The notes under the pieces: generated by a model
What the model was told of the DNA's origin: nothing
What the model saw: only the letters and a program-made list of their open reading frames with translations
Database searches by the model: none
Shown here: piece after piece, positions 13,118-25,821 of the stretch
Layout of the letters: each line of letters starts with the position of its first letter
Position numbering within the stretch: position 1 is the stretch's first letter
Made by a program: the position numbers and the translations under genes
From: Octopus sinensis
Taxonomy: Eukaryota
Direction: 5' to 3'
DNA: 64,000 bases
NCBI RefSeq assembly: GCF_006345805.1
Contig: NC_043004.1
Location: forward strand, 65,286,001-65,350,000

Positions 13118-13823
13118 TAATAATAATAATGATGATGATAAGGAGGAGGAGGTAATGAAGCTGCAAAGGCAGAAGTATATAAAAGAAAAGTGAGAAGCTG
13201 GAAGGTAATTGAGATGGAGTGGCGTCAATAATGAAGTTATTGAACGAAGCAACAGATTACTGTAGTATAACTAATATAATATTTGTATTAAGTCATATAC
13301 ATATAAAGGTGCACCTGACCACTATTAACAAGGAAGCAAAATTAGTAACCTTGAAAATTGAAATAAATGGATGATATATTAAATTAAAAATTAAGTACAA
13401 AATTGTTGAGAAGGATGAAATTAAGACGAAAATAATTTTCCAAGAGTAAAATGATAACAACCACGATAAAAACCCCCCCAAAAAAACAAAAAAAAAACGG
13501 CTTGTGAATCTAAACGTATAAATGCCGGATATTAAATGTTTAATCTTTAATATGGTTATCTATACCCTTGTGTTATGGAAAAAAAAGTGGGTGCAATTTG
13601 ACATATTAATTCAGGTGGTTATATATTATTGCTACTGGAAGGAAATTAATAATTTAGTTGAAATGATGGAGAAATAACATACGCATATATATATATATAT
13701 ATAACGGAAATATGTAAAGATATAAAAGTAAATGCAAAAATCTAGAAATTAAAATCGCGAAAGTATCATATTAAAAAATTATTTCCTAAATCCTATATAT
13801 ATATATATATATATGTGTGTGTA

Positions 13824-13896
<73 letters not shown>

Positions 13897-14037
13897 TATA
13901 TGAATATATGTATACATATATAGGTCCATATATATATATACATTTACATATTTACATATATATATATATATATATATGAATATATGCATATATATGTACA
14001 TATATACATATATATATATATATATGTACATATATAT

Positions 14038-14098
<61 letters not shown>

Positions 14099-14833
14099 GC
14101 ATATATTATACTTAGCCCAAAGGAATAGGGAAACAAACTAGAATAAATTGTAAAGTATAAAAAATAAAACTCAGTAAAATGTAAAATAATGTAAAAAAAA
14201 ATAATACAAGGATAATTAATATAACAAACTGGAAAACTACTTCGTAGCCTCCATTTTAGGTAACACACCGTCTGCTTTAACAGTTCGGGTATTTTGGTTT
14301 CGCGAAGTATTTTAGTTATTTTATTAAATTTGCCTAGAATTTATAAATTACGCCGAAAAATAACAAGCAAAAGAAGCTTTAAAAAATAATAGAAACAATT
14401 GTCTAATCTCTCCCAAATCACACATTTGCTGTGTGTACGGACTCTCTTGTCATTTCGATGAATCTGTGTTCAGCCAGACACGCCTGAATAAATTGGTATT
14501 GGTGTCTTGGTTTACTATAATCTGGGATATATTAAGTTATATTGATTCAGAGAGACCAACGTAATGTGTTAGTATCAAAGTCGGTCAGTAAAGATGATGT
14601 CTCTTCGTCGGCGTATCAGCTTCAATATCTTTTTCAAGAAAATATCTTTCTGTAATACATCTCTTTCCGATACATTATTTACATGTGACGGATATTTGCC
14701 CACGGTCATATAGCGTAGTGGTTAAGAGCTCGGGCTACTAACTCCAAGATTCCAAACTCGATTCTAGGCAGTGACCTGAATAATAATAATAATAATGATT
14801 ATGATAATAATAATAATAATAATAATGATTATG

Positions 14834-14879
<46 letters not shown>

Positions 14880-14926
14880 TTATGATAGTAATAATAATAA
14901 TAATAACAACAACAACAACATCGAAA

Positions 14927-15288
14927 GATCACAGGCAGAAGTAACGGGAAGCATCACGAGCAGAAATAGTGAGGGAGCATCATACCCATGTGTTGAGAGG
15001 GATTCTTTGGGGTTTGAGTAATTCACCTCTGGAAACATGGGTGTTTCCTTCAACATCCTTAAACAATCCTTATTGAGGGACCTTTTGAGAAGGATGGGTT
15101 ACTCGACCAGAAGAAAATTCTAACTGGGCCCCACCTGCAAGGTCATGTGCTGTTTATCTTGATATGAGATCACCATGTCGCGCACATATGGTTATGATGC
15201 ATGTGCCTAGTGTACACTTACGCGTAGTCATGATGGGTATACTGGGCTTCGTATATTTTATCCCAGTATCACTTTGATGGCGTGCATC
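14927..15288 (+). mobile_element. Family E, 5'-truncated, nested in the (AAT)n spacer of the P element
   Basis: Homology to the other E copies; AACATCGAAA duplicated at 14917-14926 and 15301-15310. Confidence 0.8.
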
Positions 15289-15351
15289 AATAATGATAAT
15301 AACATCGAAAAATACTTTAGGAATGAGAATCCAGGTTTGAAATTTCCCCAA

Positions 15352-15397
15352 GAAACCTGATTAAGGCTGGAGTGTATATCAGCCGAAACGTTGTATT
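15352..15397 (+). ncRNA. Minimal type I hammerhead ribozyme (core mutated G8U)
   Basis: CTGATTA-A-GGCTG..CAGCC-GAAA-CG-T-T; palindromic ACGT stem III; weak stem I. Confidence 0.65.
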
Positions 15398-15941
15398 AAC
15401 AACAAACAAGATGAGGACAAATATCCGTCAAATGTAAATAAGGTACATAATTCCTCATCTCTTAAATATAGAACTGTATCTCTTTCCGAAGCAAATATAA
15501 AATGTATCGTAATAGCTTGCGACCACGGGCCCACAACTATTTAAAACATTATAATGGGCATCTGAGGGATCTTCATGGAGGTGGGGGTAGATGTTTTCAA
15601 GAAAATACTTGACCTCCAAGCTCCTTCCTACACCAAAATCCAATCACATAAGATTGAGCATTGCAAAGGTGATTACAATGGCGATCCTCCAGCATGGCCA
15701 CAGACTTGCAGCGGAAACGTATAACAGAATGAAAGAATGAATATAAATATAAGATGTATGATATATAATACAGTACTCCCTGGACTATCGCAGGCTTTAC
15801 GTTCCAAAACACCACGCGATAGGTAAAAATCCGCGAAGTAGAGAGAGTGTTGTATATTTTTTAATTATTATTTTTGTAATTTGTATATATTTATTTTATA
15901 CATGCAAACAACACCATGGAGGAATCGACGTAAGCTTAAAT

Positions 15942-16937
15942 AATCATATCTACTATAGGCACAAGGCCTGAAATTTTGGGAGAGGGGACTGGTCGATTAC
16001 ATTGATCCCAGTGTATTACTGGTACTTAATTTAACAACCCCGAAAGGATAAAAGGCAAAGTTGAGCTCGGCTGAATTTGAACTCAGAACGTAACGGCAGA
16101 CGAAATACCGCTAAGCATTTCGCCCAGTGTACTAACGTTTCTTATTTCTTTATTGCCCACGAGGGGCTAAACATAGAGGGGACAAACAAGGACAGACAAA
16201 GGGATTAAATCGATTATATCGACCCCAGTGCGTAACTGGTACTTTATTTATTGACCCCAAAATTATTAAAGGCACAGTCGACCTCGGCGGAATTTGAACT
16301 CAGAACGTAACGGCAGACGAAATACCTATTGCTTTACTACCCACAAGGGGCTAAGCAGAGAGGGGACAAACAAGGACAGATACACGGTTTAAGTCGATTA
16401 CATTGAACCCAGTGCGTAACTGGTACTTATTTAAACGACCCCGAAAGGATGAAAGGCAAAGTCGACCTCGGTGGAATTTGAACTCAGAACGTAACGGCAG
16501 ACGAAATACCTATTTCTTTACTACCCACAAGGGGCTAAACACAGAGAGGACAAACAAGGACAGAGAAACGGATTAAGTCGATTATATCGACCCCAGTGCG
16601 TAACTGGCACTTATTTAATCGACCCCGAAAGGCGGAATTTGAACTCAAAACGTAGAGACAAACGAAATACCGCTAAGCTTTTCGCCCGGCGTGCTAACGA
16701 TTCTTATTTGTTTATTGCCCAGAAAGGGATAAACATAGAGGAGAAAAACAAGGACAGACAAAGCGATTAAGTCAATTACATCGACTCCAGTGTGTAACTG
16801 CTACTTAATTTTTCGACCCGAAAGAATGAAAGGCAAAGTCGACCTCGGCGGAATTTGAACTCACAACGTAACGGCAGACGAAATACCGGTAAGCATTTCG
16901 CCCGGCGTGCTAACGTTTCTACCAGCTTACCGACCTC
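15942..16937 (-). mobile_element. Family B array: four T2-tailed bodies followed by one T1-tailed body
   Basis: Repeated ~180-bp units with junctions AAAGAAATA|GGTATTTCG and AAATAAG|AAACGTTAG. Confidence 0.9.
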
Positions 16938-17046
16938 AGTAATAATAGGCTACTTGTTAATGGCTTCAAATTTTTACATCGATTATCCTCTTGAATTGGA
17001 CATATTTTGTCGACCTTGAAATATGTGATTTCCATATTTTCTTATC

Positions 17047-17415
17047 TTTTACTAGTTTTAGTCATTTGGCTGAGACCATGCTGGGGCACCGCTTCGAAGA
17101 AATTGTAGTCGAATGAACCGACCATAGTAATTATTGTTTTTGTTGGGCCTGGTACTTATTCTATCGGTCTCATTTGCCGAGCTCTTAAGTTACGGAAACG
17201 TAAATACGCTAACACCAGTTGCCAAGCAGTGTTGGGGGAAAAATATACGCACATAGACATACGACGAGCTTCTTTCAGCTTCCATTTACCAAATCCACTC
17301 ACAAGTGTTCGAGGGTACAGTAGAAAATACCTACCCAGAGTGCCACATAGTGGGACTGAACACAGAAGCGTGGGGGTGGGAAGTATACTTCTTACGACAC
17401 AGCCACCCATGCGTC
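17047..17415 (-). mobile_element. SINE family A
   Basis: Same head, core and tail motifs as the other A copies. Confidence 0.8.
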
Positions 17416-20236
17416 TTGTGAAAAATAATCATTTTCCTTTCTCATGAGACTATTATTCATTCCCTGCTCTTCATGATAGCTTTTATTAATTTTCTGCTTC
17501 TGTTTCATTAATAGTTCTTTGAAGATATATTTTATTCTATTTCATCGAAAGAATTTAGGATAAAAATGGGGAAGAAATGTATAAGAAAGCAACAACGAGA
17601 CTGCGAAATATATGAAATATGTGAAGAAACCATCAATCTTATTGTTTCTGGCTGCTAGTATTAACGAAAAGAGAAACTATAGTCAGACATGATACAATTG
17701 TATCTTAGCACTACGTGATATCATATCAGCACGAAGAAATACTTATAAAATATAAAAAATGAATAGTCACGCATACACAAGTCTCAGAATATGACGAATT
17801 CCCCATACTCTGGGACATACTAAATATTGACAGAGAGACTAGAGTAATCTGTCAGATAGTATCAAAATCGGTCAGTAAAGGCGAAGTCTCTTCGTCGATG
17901 CATCAGTTTCAATAGACACGTTATCTTTTCAAAAAAATACATCTCTTTGCGAAGCTGATATAAAATGTATGATATTCAAATATAAAATGTATGCGTAGTA
18001 ATATAACTGTTTTTCTAAGTCACATATTTTGAGATAAATCAATATTTAACAGCTGTTAACACAATGAATGGCTGAAATCTGATAACTTAAACTTAAAATC
18101 GAAAGGGCAGTGCCTGTGGAGATTTGAGAGGTGTTAAGAGCCTGAAGAAGAAGAAAAAAGTAAGTATCTTCAGTATGAAGATTTGGGCAGTGATTAGCAT
18201 CAGAAAGGATTTCCCTTGGCAGATAGGCTTACATCACAAATCAAATATTATCTTCTGTCACACATCTCTACACTTTATGTTTATTAAACTTTCCTCACAA
18301 AACTACGCTAGAAGATACATTGAGATCGAGCGAGAATTACTGGGTCGTGGAACGAATGTCTTAACTGAATTGTCCTTCTTGTATACGGTTAGAAGAATAC
18401 AAAAATGACCATGTTTTCTTTACATGCCTCTATGTAAAAAACTAATAAATGAATAAATAATAAAATTAAAAAAAAACTATCATGTTTACGATACTTATAT
18501 TTCCAAAGCGGTCAATCATAAAGCTCTTACAATGATCAACGTTGCTTAAGTTTGTTGCATAGACAATCATTATTTTCAGTGTCATATGAGCGTAATAGTA
18601 ATTTGGGATTAATATTTTGCAGCATTTAGTTACGTCATTTCAGAAACTCACAATCCTTTCTAATTTTGGCACAAAGCAAATAATTTTGAGGAGAAGAATG
18701 TCGGTGACATCGACTTCAGGGATCAAATGATGAAAGGCAAAGTTGACTCCGGTGGCATTTGAAATTCGATGTATTCATAATACCTAACATTATTTGTGTT
18801 CATGAGAGAAGAATGTATGATATAACAAAAGTTATTCCTTAATTTTTCGCCCTGTTTTGCGTGTGGGAATTTACTTTCTTAACAAACTTCATGCCTTGAG
18901 AGCTGGCCGAAAGAGTGGAGTGATGTGCTGTATTTAGTGTTGTCGTTCGAGGTTTTGCGTTCAAATACTGCTGGGGTCCAACTCTCCTTTCATTTCTGCA
19001 GGGTCAATAAAACAAATAATATTAAAGAAAAAATTGTTCGACTTAATCAAGTCTGCATCTAGAGTTATAATAATCGATATTTTGATACAGAATAAAACAA
19101 AATAAATATAAAATTTGGTTCGATAATGGACCGATTGATTGATGTTGATTTGATTAACGGTTAAAATTAATTAAATTACGTTGCAAAAGTCTTCGCGAAA
19201 GAACAGTAAAGTAACATTGTCTTGTTCTTCAATTTTACATTTTTGTAACATTTTATCGAGGAAAGAAAACTATTTAAGCTGTTTGAAGTATTGGACAAAC
19301 CACACAGAAGGAATTTACTATTTCATATAAATTGACATATACAATACATTGACATATACAATACATTGACATATACATTGACATATAAAATACAAATATA
19401 TTTGTTTGATATTTGATAATCAGAGTTAGCCATCAAAAGGTGATAAGTACGAGGAATATGACTTATATCACTCTATCCGTCTGAAGAGTACTGAGGGAAG
19501 AAATGAAACAACAGCAAATGGGTGTGGGACCCTGCTTTGCAGAGGAACTTCTAAGCGTGCCACAATGATCAGAAGCAATAAGAAAGGATAGAGAGGATCT
19601 ACAAGGTATAGGGGCACAGTCCAGCCTCTACTTTATTTCAGCGAATTGACCATGAAGGTCCAATACAGACAAAGGTAGCTGAGGGCTGGACAGAGACATT
19701 AATGTGTATGAAAACGACAAAGGTGGAAAAGAATGGGGGGGGGGGGCACCGCCGCCCGCCGACCGATAAAACCTTAAAATCACTGTTCAATTTAAATCAA
19801 TAAAATAAAAATTATAATCACAGAAATTCAAAAATTACAATTACAAATTACAAAAGTATATATTTTCATAATTCTTCGTCTTCCTCATCTGGGCCCCCTA
19901 GTAAATTTTCTGCCGCCTGCAGGGAAGCCTGCATCGGCAGGCCCGGACCGAGGAAAACAAGATCTTTGTTACAGGTCTTCCTGACCTCTTTCTGATTTAT
20001 GACCTGCGGAGGCCAACTTCGACAGTCTATACAGGTCGAGTCATATCGCTTTCGGTCTAGTAGACTGTCCAGTCCAGCCTCTACTTGCAGAATATCAAAT
20101 TATGTCTATGTAGAAAGGCATAAATCAGTGTTGTTACAAACCTGTGGCGGTGAAAAGGCCGAAAAGTTGATTTGTTGGAAATAAGTACTTTGCCGTATTT
20201 CTCCTTGCCATATTCTTTCCAGCTGTGGTTAACTTT

Positions 20237-20510
20237 AATACAACTCTATATTTACATTATTTACATTGACGGACATATGGCGTAGTGGTTAGGAGCGCGG
20301 ACTACTAAACCCCAGATTCCGAGTTCGATTCCAGGCAGTAACCTGAATAATAATCATAATAGTAACAACTACATCGAAAAACATGTTTGGAATGAGAACC
20401 TAGGTTCCAAATTTCCCCAAGACACCCGACGATGGCTGGAGGGTATATCAGCCGAAATGTGTTAACAACGAGCAAGATGAGGACAAATATCCGTCAAGTG
20501 TAAATAATGA
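20237..20510 (+). mobile_element. Family P, second copy
   Basis: A box TGGCGTAGTGG 20278-20288; B box GAGTTCGATTCC 20321-20332; 5' inverted copy of the family 3' end (20237-20273); GGTTAACTTT duplicated at 20227-20236 and 20511-20520. Confidence 0.8.
20421..20463 (+). ncRNA. Degenerate minimal hammerhead ribozyme
   Basis: GACAC-CCGACGA-T-GGCTG..CAGCC-GAAA-(CGT deleted)-TGTGTT; homologous to 15352-15397. Confidence 0.5.
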
Positions 20511-20623
20511 GGTTAACTTTGTTATTCTTTTAATAAAATAACATAAAATTAGGGGTCAAAAACTTAATCCAGGGTCTCACGGAGTGTAGAGAATGACCTC
20601 TTGCAATATTTATTCCAGGTAAG

Positions 20624-22222
20624 AAGGCGGCAAGCTGGCAGAAACGTTAGCACGCCGGACGAAATGCTTAGCAGTATTTCGTCTGCCGCTACGCTCTGAG
20701 TTCAAATTTCGCTGAGGTCGACTGTGCCTTTCATCCTTTCGGGGTCGATTAAATAAATACCAGTTACGCACTGGGGTCGATATAATCGACTTAATTCGTT
20801 TGACTGTCCTTGTTTGTCCTCTCTGTGTTTAGCCCCTTGTGGGTAGTAAAGAAATAGGTATTTCTTTAAAACTGGAGAAGAGGTGTCTGTCGGAGTGTAC
20901 CTTCCAAAATAGATGGAAGCATGTTGCACGAGTGTTGTGCGTGCAAGGAACTTGTGAATAGACGGAGAAAAGAAGAAAAAAGGTACCAGCGGTAGATCGG
21001 GGTTTGTGAGGTCGGAGCGTGGCCTGATCATCGCTTCATTTGTATTGTTTTTGAATTGTTAAGTACATTCGATTTTTTATATATTATATTTAAATTTTTC
21101 AAGTCACATTATATGTAAAATCATATCGCTTCACTGATCCCATCAGTTGTTCTGTCCATTTTAATGTTTGAGCCCCCAATGGGCAATAAAGAAATTGGTA
21201 TTTCGTCTGTCTTTATGTTCAGATTTCAAATTCTGCCGAGATCGACTGTGCATTTCATCCTTTCGGGGTCGATAAATTTAGTACCAGTTGCATACCGGAG
21301 TTGATCTAATCAACTGACACCCTTCCCCAAAATTTCGCGCCTTGTGCCTAGAGTAGAAAAAACTCGTTAGCACGCTTGGCGAAATGCTTAGCGGTATTTC
21401 GTCTGCCGCTACGTTCTGAGTTCAAATTCCGCCGAGGTCAACTTTGCCTTTCATCCTTTCGGGGTCGATAAATTAAATATAAGTTACGCACTGGGGTCGA
21501 TATAATCGACTTAATCCGTTTGTCTGTCTTTGTTTGTCCTCTCTGTGTTTTGCCCCTTGTGGGTAGTAAAGAAATAGGTATATCGACTGTCTTTACGTTC
21601 TGAGTTCAAATTCCGCCGAGGTCGACTTTGCCTTTCATCCTTTCCGGGTCGATAAATTAAGTATCAGTTACGCACTGGGGTCGATATAATCGACTTAATC
21701 CGTTTGTCTGTCTTTGTTTGTCCTCTCTGTGTTTTGCCCCTTGTGGGTAGTGAAGAAATAGGTATTTCGCCTGTCTTTACGTTCAGAGTTCAAATTCTGC
21801 CGAGGTCGACTGTGCATTTCATCCTTTCGCGGTCGATAAATTTAGTACCAGTTGCATACCGGAGTTGATCTAATCGACTGGCACCCTCCCCCAAAATTTC
21901 GCGTCTTGTGCCTTGAGTAGAAAAGACTCGTTAGCACGCCGGGCGAAATGCTTAGCGGTAATTCGTCTGCCGCTACGTTCTGAGTTCAAAATCCGCCGAG
22001 GTCAACTTTGCCTTTCATCCTTTCGGGGTCGATAAATTAAATATCAGTTACGCACTGGGGTCGATATAATCGACTTAATCCGTTTGTCTGTCTTTGTTTG
22101 TCCTCTCTGTGTTTTGCCCCTTGTGGGTAGTAAAAAAAATAGGTATATCGACTGTATTTACGATGTAATCGACTGGCCTACTTCTCCCAAATTTCGGGCC
22201 TGGTGTCTAGAGTAGAAATGAC
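20624..22222 (+). mobile_element. Family B compound array (184-bp units, 564-bp higher-order repeat) with a nested LINE fragment
   Basis: Unit starts at 21393, 21577 and 21761; ACTCGTTAG at 21362 and 21926; flanked by the 17-bp direct repeat TATTTATTCCAGGTAAG (20607-20623 and 22223-22239). Confidence 0.9.
20865..21196 (+). mobile_element. 5'-truncated L1/Tx1-like LINE 3' end
   Basis: Peptide LKLEKRCLSECTFQNRWKHVARVLCVQGTCE* (20866-20961) with the F..RW motif typical of L1/Tx1 ORF2 ends; AATAAA tail; 8-bp TSD GGTATTTC (20857-20864 and 21197-21204). Confidence 0.6.
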
Positions 22223-22239
22223 TATTTATTCCAGGTAAG

Positions 22240-22415
22240 GTGACGACCCGCCAGAATCTTTAGCACGCCGGGCAAAATGCTTAGCATCATTTTGTACGTC
22301 TTTACGTTCTGAGTTCAAATTTCACTGAGGTCGACTTTACCTTTCATGCCTTCGGGATCGATGAAATAAGTACAACTTGAATACTGGGGTCGATGTAATC
22401 GACATACATCCTTCC
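22240..22415 (+). mobile_element. Older SINE family B copy
   Basis: Degenerate head, B box and core. Confidence 0.7.
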
Positions 22416-23082
22416 CCAATGTTACTCACTTTATGCCAAAAATTTGTAACCAATATTTATTCCTGGTTCCTGCGTTTTGATTTCTTGGGTGAAAGACATG
22501 ATGAATTGCTCCATTTAACATCAACACGTGGATATTGGGTACGTGTAATGGCGGTTACTCTCTTATGGAAATATTTGGTCGAGATCTCCGGATTGGCAAT
22601 AAGTTATTCCTTATTGTCAAACGCTTCTCCTATTTTGAGCATTTCACAAGATACACTTTCGATAAAACAGTTGCTCCCGTAAAGCAAATTAAATGAAATT
22701 TGGGATTTTGCGGAGGGTCAAAATTGGTAACAAAAACAAGACAGTGAAAATGAACAGGAAGGGTTGCTAAGCCTAGTCGAGGTTGTGGTGGGGAACGCGT
22801 TAATCAAACTTGGACAGGAGAGAGACAAGAACACGTTTTCCATGATCCAGCTACGACGGAGAGAAAGAAAGAAAACCAAGTTAGGAGAAGAAAGAATGAT
22901 GGCCGATGATCACGTTGGAGTCACATGAGCAAGGAAAGAAGAGTGAGGCAGAGAGATTAACAGATAGAGAACTGTGAAGGAGAGAGGAAAAATTGGAGAT
23001 GAGAGAAGTGAGAAAAAAACAAGAGGGGGAGATACATACACATGATAAAAATGCATATATGGACCTATATGTATATGTACTC

Positions 23083-23122
<40 letters not shown>

Positions 23123-23149
23123 ATATGTGTGTGTAGAATAATAGGCCGT

Positions 23150-23570
23150 ATTCGCACCAGTATCACAAATACTACCTTCACCAACACCATCACAAACAAT
23201 ACTGACGAGATAAATACTAATACCATAACCACACCCTCCACTACCACAACAACGAAAAACAATTATAAAAAGAATAACAAAATCATCGCCACCACTGCCA
23301 AGCAACAATGGCATGACACTTATAATTGAATAACACCGTCACCATTTCAACCAGCACCACGACCGCTACCACCACCACTACCGCTACCACCACCGCCAAC
23401 AACAACGGCAACATTACCACCACCACAACCACCAAGAACAACAACAACAACAACATTACTACCACCACCACCGCAGCAGCCGCCACCACAGTACTAAATC
23501 GTCATCATGATCACTACCACTATTGCCTCCGCTACCTCTGCTACCACTACACCCCCCCCCAATGGCCATG
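23150..23570. repeat. Cryptic (ACC/AAC)n trinucleotide tract
   Basis: Direct reading; yields poly-Thr and poly-Val ORFs. Confidence 0.85.
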
Positions 23571-23875
23571 AAAACTATACCAGCAACAATGGTTTAAATA
23601 GCAGCTAAATCTCCCTTAAATTACATTCGACAATCTCATACAAAAACAGGACTCCTAAGAAAATATATGCCAACAGAACCCTAGAAGGAGTAGGTTGGTC
23701 AAGACGGCCGGAATCCCTTTTATCAAAGAGACTCCGATACAGATTGACCATGGGCTACCCCGCTGCCACCACACACACTTACCCGATGCCACCGCGTACC
23801 CAACACCCCAACACTAATTTCACAGGCTACGAATAGTGGGTAAAACTCTATGAGATTATACCTTACCATCTAAGT

Positions 23876-24089
23876 CAATGGTTCTCAATTAGGGTCCTTA
23901 TGACCATTGGGGGCAATATAGGATTTTATTGTAGGCGACGGAGTGTGTGTGTGGTAAGAAGCTTGCTTCACAACCACATGGTTCCGAGTTCCGTCCCACT
24001 GCGTGGAACCTTGGGCAAGTGTCTTCTACTCAGGCCGACCAAAGCCTTGTGAGTGGATTTGGTAGACGGAAACCGAAAGAAGCTTGCCG

Positions 24090-24173
<84 letters not shown>

Positions 24174-24509
24174 TGTATGTATGTATGTATGTATGTATGT
24201 ATATGCTTGTGTTTATGTCTGTATTTGTTCTACCATAGCTTGACAACTGATGTTGGTATATTTGCGACCCCGTAACTAAAGAGGCCGATAGAACAATCAC
24301 CAAGCTTACAAAGAATAAGTCCACTGTCCGATTTCTTCGACTAAAAGGCGGTGCTCCAGCATGGCTACAGTCAAAATGACTGAAACAAGTAAAAGTATAA
24401 AAGAATTAGAAATATAATGGGATTTTTTCCAACATGGAATAGCTTTAGAGCTCCTGTAGAGCAAAATAGGAAAGAAAAGGGTCCATAGGTAAAATATTTA
24501 AGACCACTG
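23876..24509 (+). mobile_element. Probable hAT-type MITE interrupted by an A SINE
   Basis: Imperfect TIRs CAATGGTTCTCAA..TTAAGACCACTG; a second left end at 31173; 8-bp TSD matches only 5/8. Confidence 0.45.
23934..24404 (+). mobile_element. SINE family A
   Basis: Full head, internal (CA)n(TA)n(TATG)n, tail. Confidence 0.85.
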
Positions 24510-25764
24510 GTCAAATTAAGGGACATATTGAAAAATTTGTTCTTGTGTCACGTGTACATAAGAAAAGGGACAGGATGGTCACGTTTGGAAAGGTTTTAAA
24601 TGTAGATTTCGATTATCAGGGCTGACCCGGGACTGAAACAATCTCCACCACGACTACCACGACCACCACCACCCTAACTACATCCACCACTAACAACGAC
24701 ACCATTACGACCATAACCATCAACAACCACAGGAGTTGGGGGGAAGACGGTACACTGGGTGCTATATTCCTAGAAACACTATGTCAAGTAAAAAGACGTG
24801 TGAAACAAAAGAATAAAGAACTTTAACGAACACCTCTCCCGCTCACTCGCACGAAAATACAATATTGAAATCTAAAAGATCGGTAACCATTTTGTTTTTT
24901 TTTCTTTATTATTATTATTTTTTGGTTCTCTCTCATTTCCTCATACGTCTGAGAATGGAATCAATACTTCCATATCTTCAAAAACTTCTGTACGTTCTTT
25001 CTTGGTATTTTTTTACTGTTTCTCATTTTGCTCTCATTTCTTTTTATTTTACGTTCTATTCTTATATTATTTTTTTGACTCTTTCTTTGTGTGTGTGTTT
25101 TTTTTTGTGTGTGTTCTCTTTTTATTCCTTTCCAAGCTCTACATTATTTTCAAAGGTGTCAATGCAATCAAAGTGAGTGTTGCTGAATTGTTTAATTTCT
25201 GTTTTCAATCCAGTCACGTTTCTATTACAACACACGTACTGACCTCTCTGACAGGTCCTCTGTGTCAATCAGTGAAGCAGAAAAAAATATCTAACACCTT
25301 ACTATATTGTTACTTTCTTTTCATATCACAAATTTCCTATTCCAGTTATTTTTTTATATTTCTGGCTGCACAATATATTCACCCTCACACAATCACATAC
25401 GCTATTAGCCCCACTTCATTTTCTCCGTACATTTCCAGTATACATTCCGTTCTCTCTCATTCTCATTTTCGTTTTCGCTATATTCTTTCTGAATATATTT
25501 GCCACACACTTTTTATTTATTTTCTTTCTTCGTTAATCTGAAGTTTTCTCTCATTTTATTTCAGTCCTGAATTCCTACTCTAATGCTTTTATACTCTGTT
25601 AAATCATTTTAATCTCCCTATAAGTCTGTCATTCACCTTTTCCAATTCTCTTCGCAAAGCATTTCTATCTTAAAAGATTTTTCTCCATTTCTCCTATTTG
25701 TTTTTCTGTCTATCGCATTGTCTGGACGTCATTCTCTCTAAACTTTCACTACATTGTCCCTCTG

Positions 25765-25811
<47 letters not shown>

Positions 25812-25821
25812 ATATATATTA

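Larger units (their letters stand above)
14671..15477 (+). mobile_element. Family P: tRNA-headed, hammerhead-tailed SINE with inverted 5' end (contains a nested E copy)
   Basis: A box 14711-14721; hammerhead 15352-15397; 14671-14700 is the reverse complement of ~15411-15445; 12-bp TSD ATCTCTTTCCGA at 14659-14670 and 15478-15489. Confidence 0.8.

Noticed and set aside
14703-14785. tRNA genes at SINE heads (also 20275, 26673, 34178, 44323 and others)
   Set aside because: A/B boxes are present but there is no complete cloverleaf, and each runs into SINE body sequence
19331-19395. 17-bp tandem repeat (also a ~23-bp duplication near 58000)
   Set aside because: Ordinary slippage duplications with no further structure
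19480-19530. CTGAAGA..GAAA hammerhead-like strings (also 3312, 28367 and 46150 minus)
   Set aside because: Stems I/II do not pair, so they are not counted as ribozymes
21361-22150. CRISPR-like or satellite interpretation of the regular repeats (also the 24-bp units at 8454)
   Set aside because: No unique spacers, eukaryotic context, and the units are SINE bodies or a LINE 5' UTR
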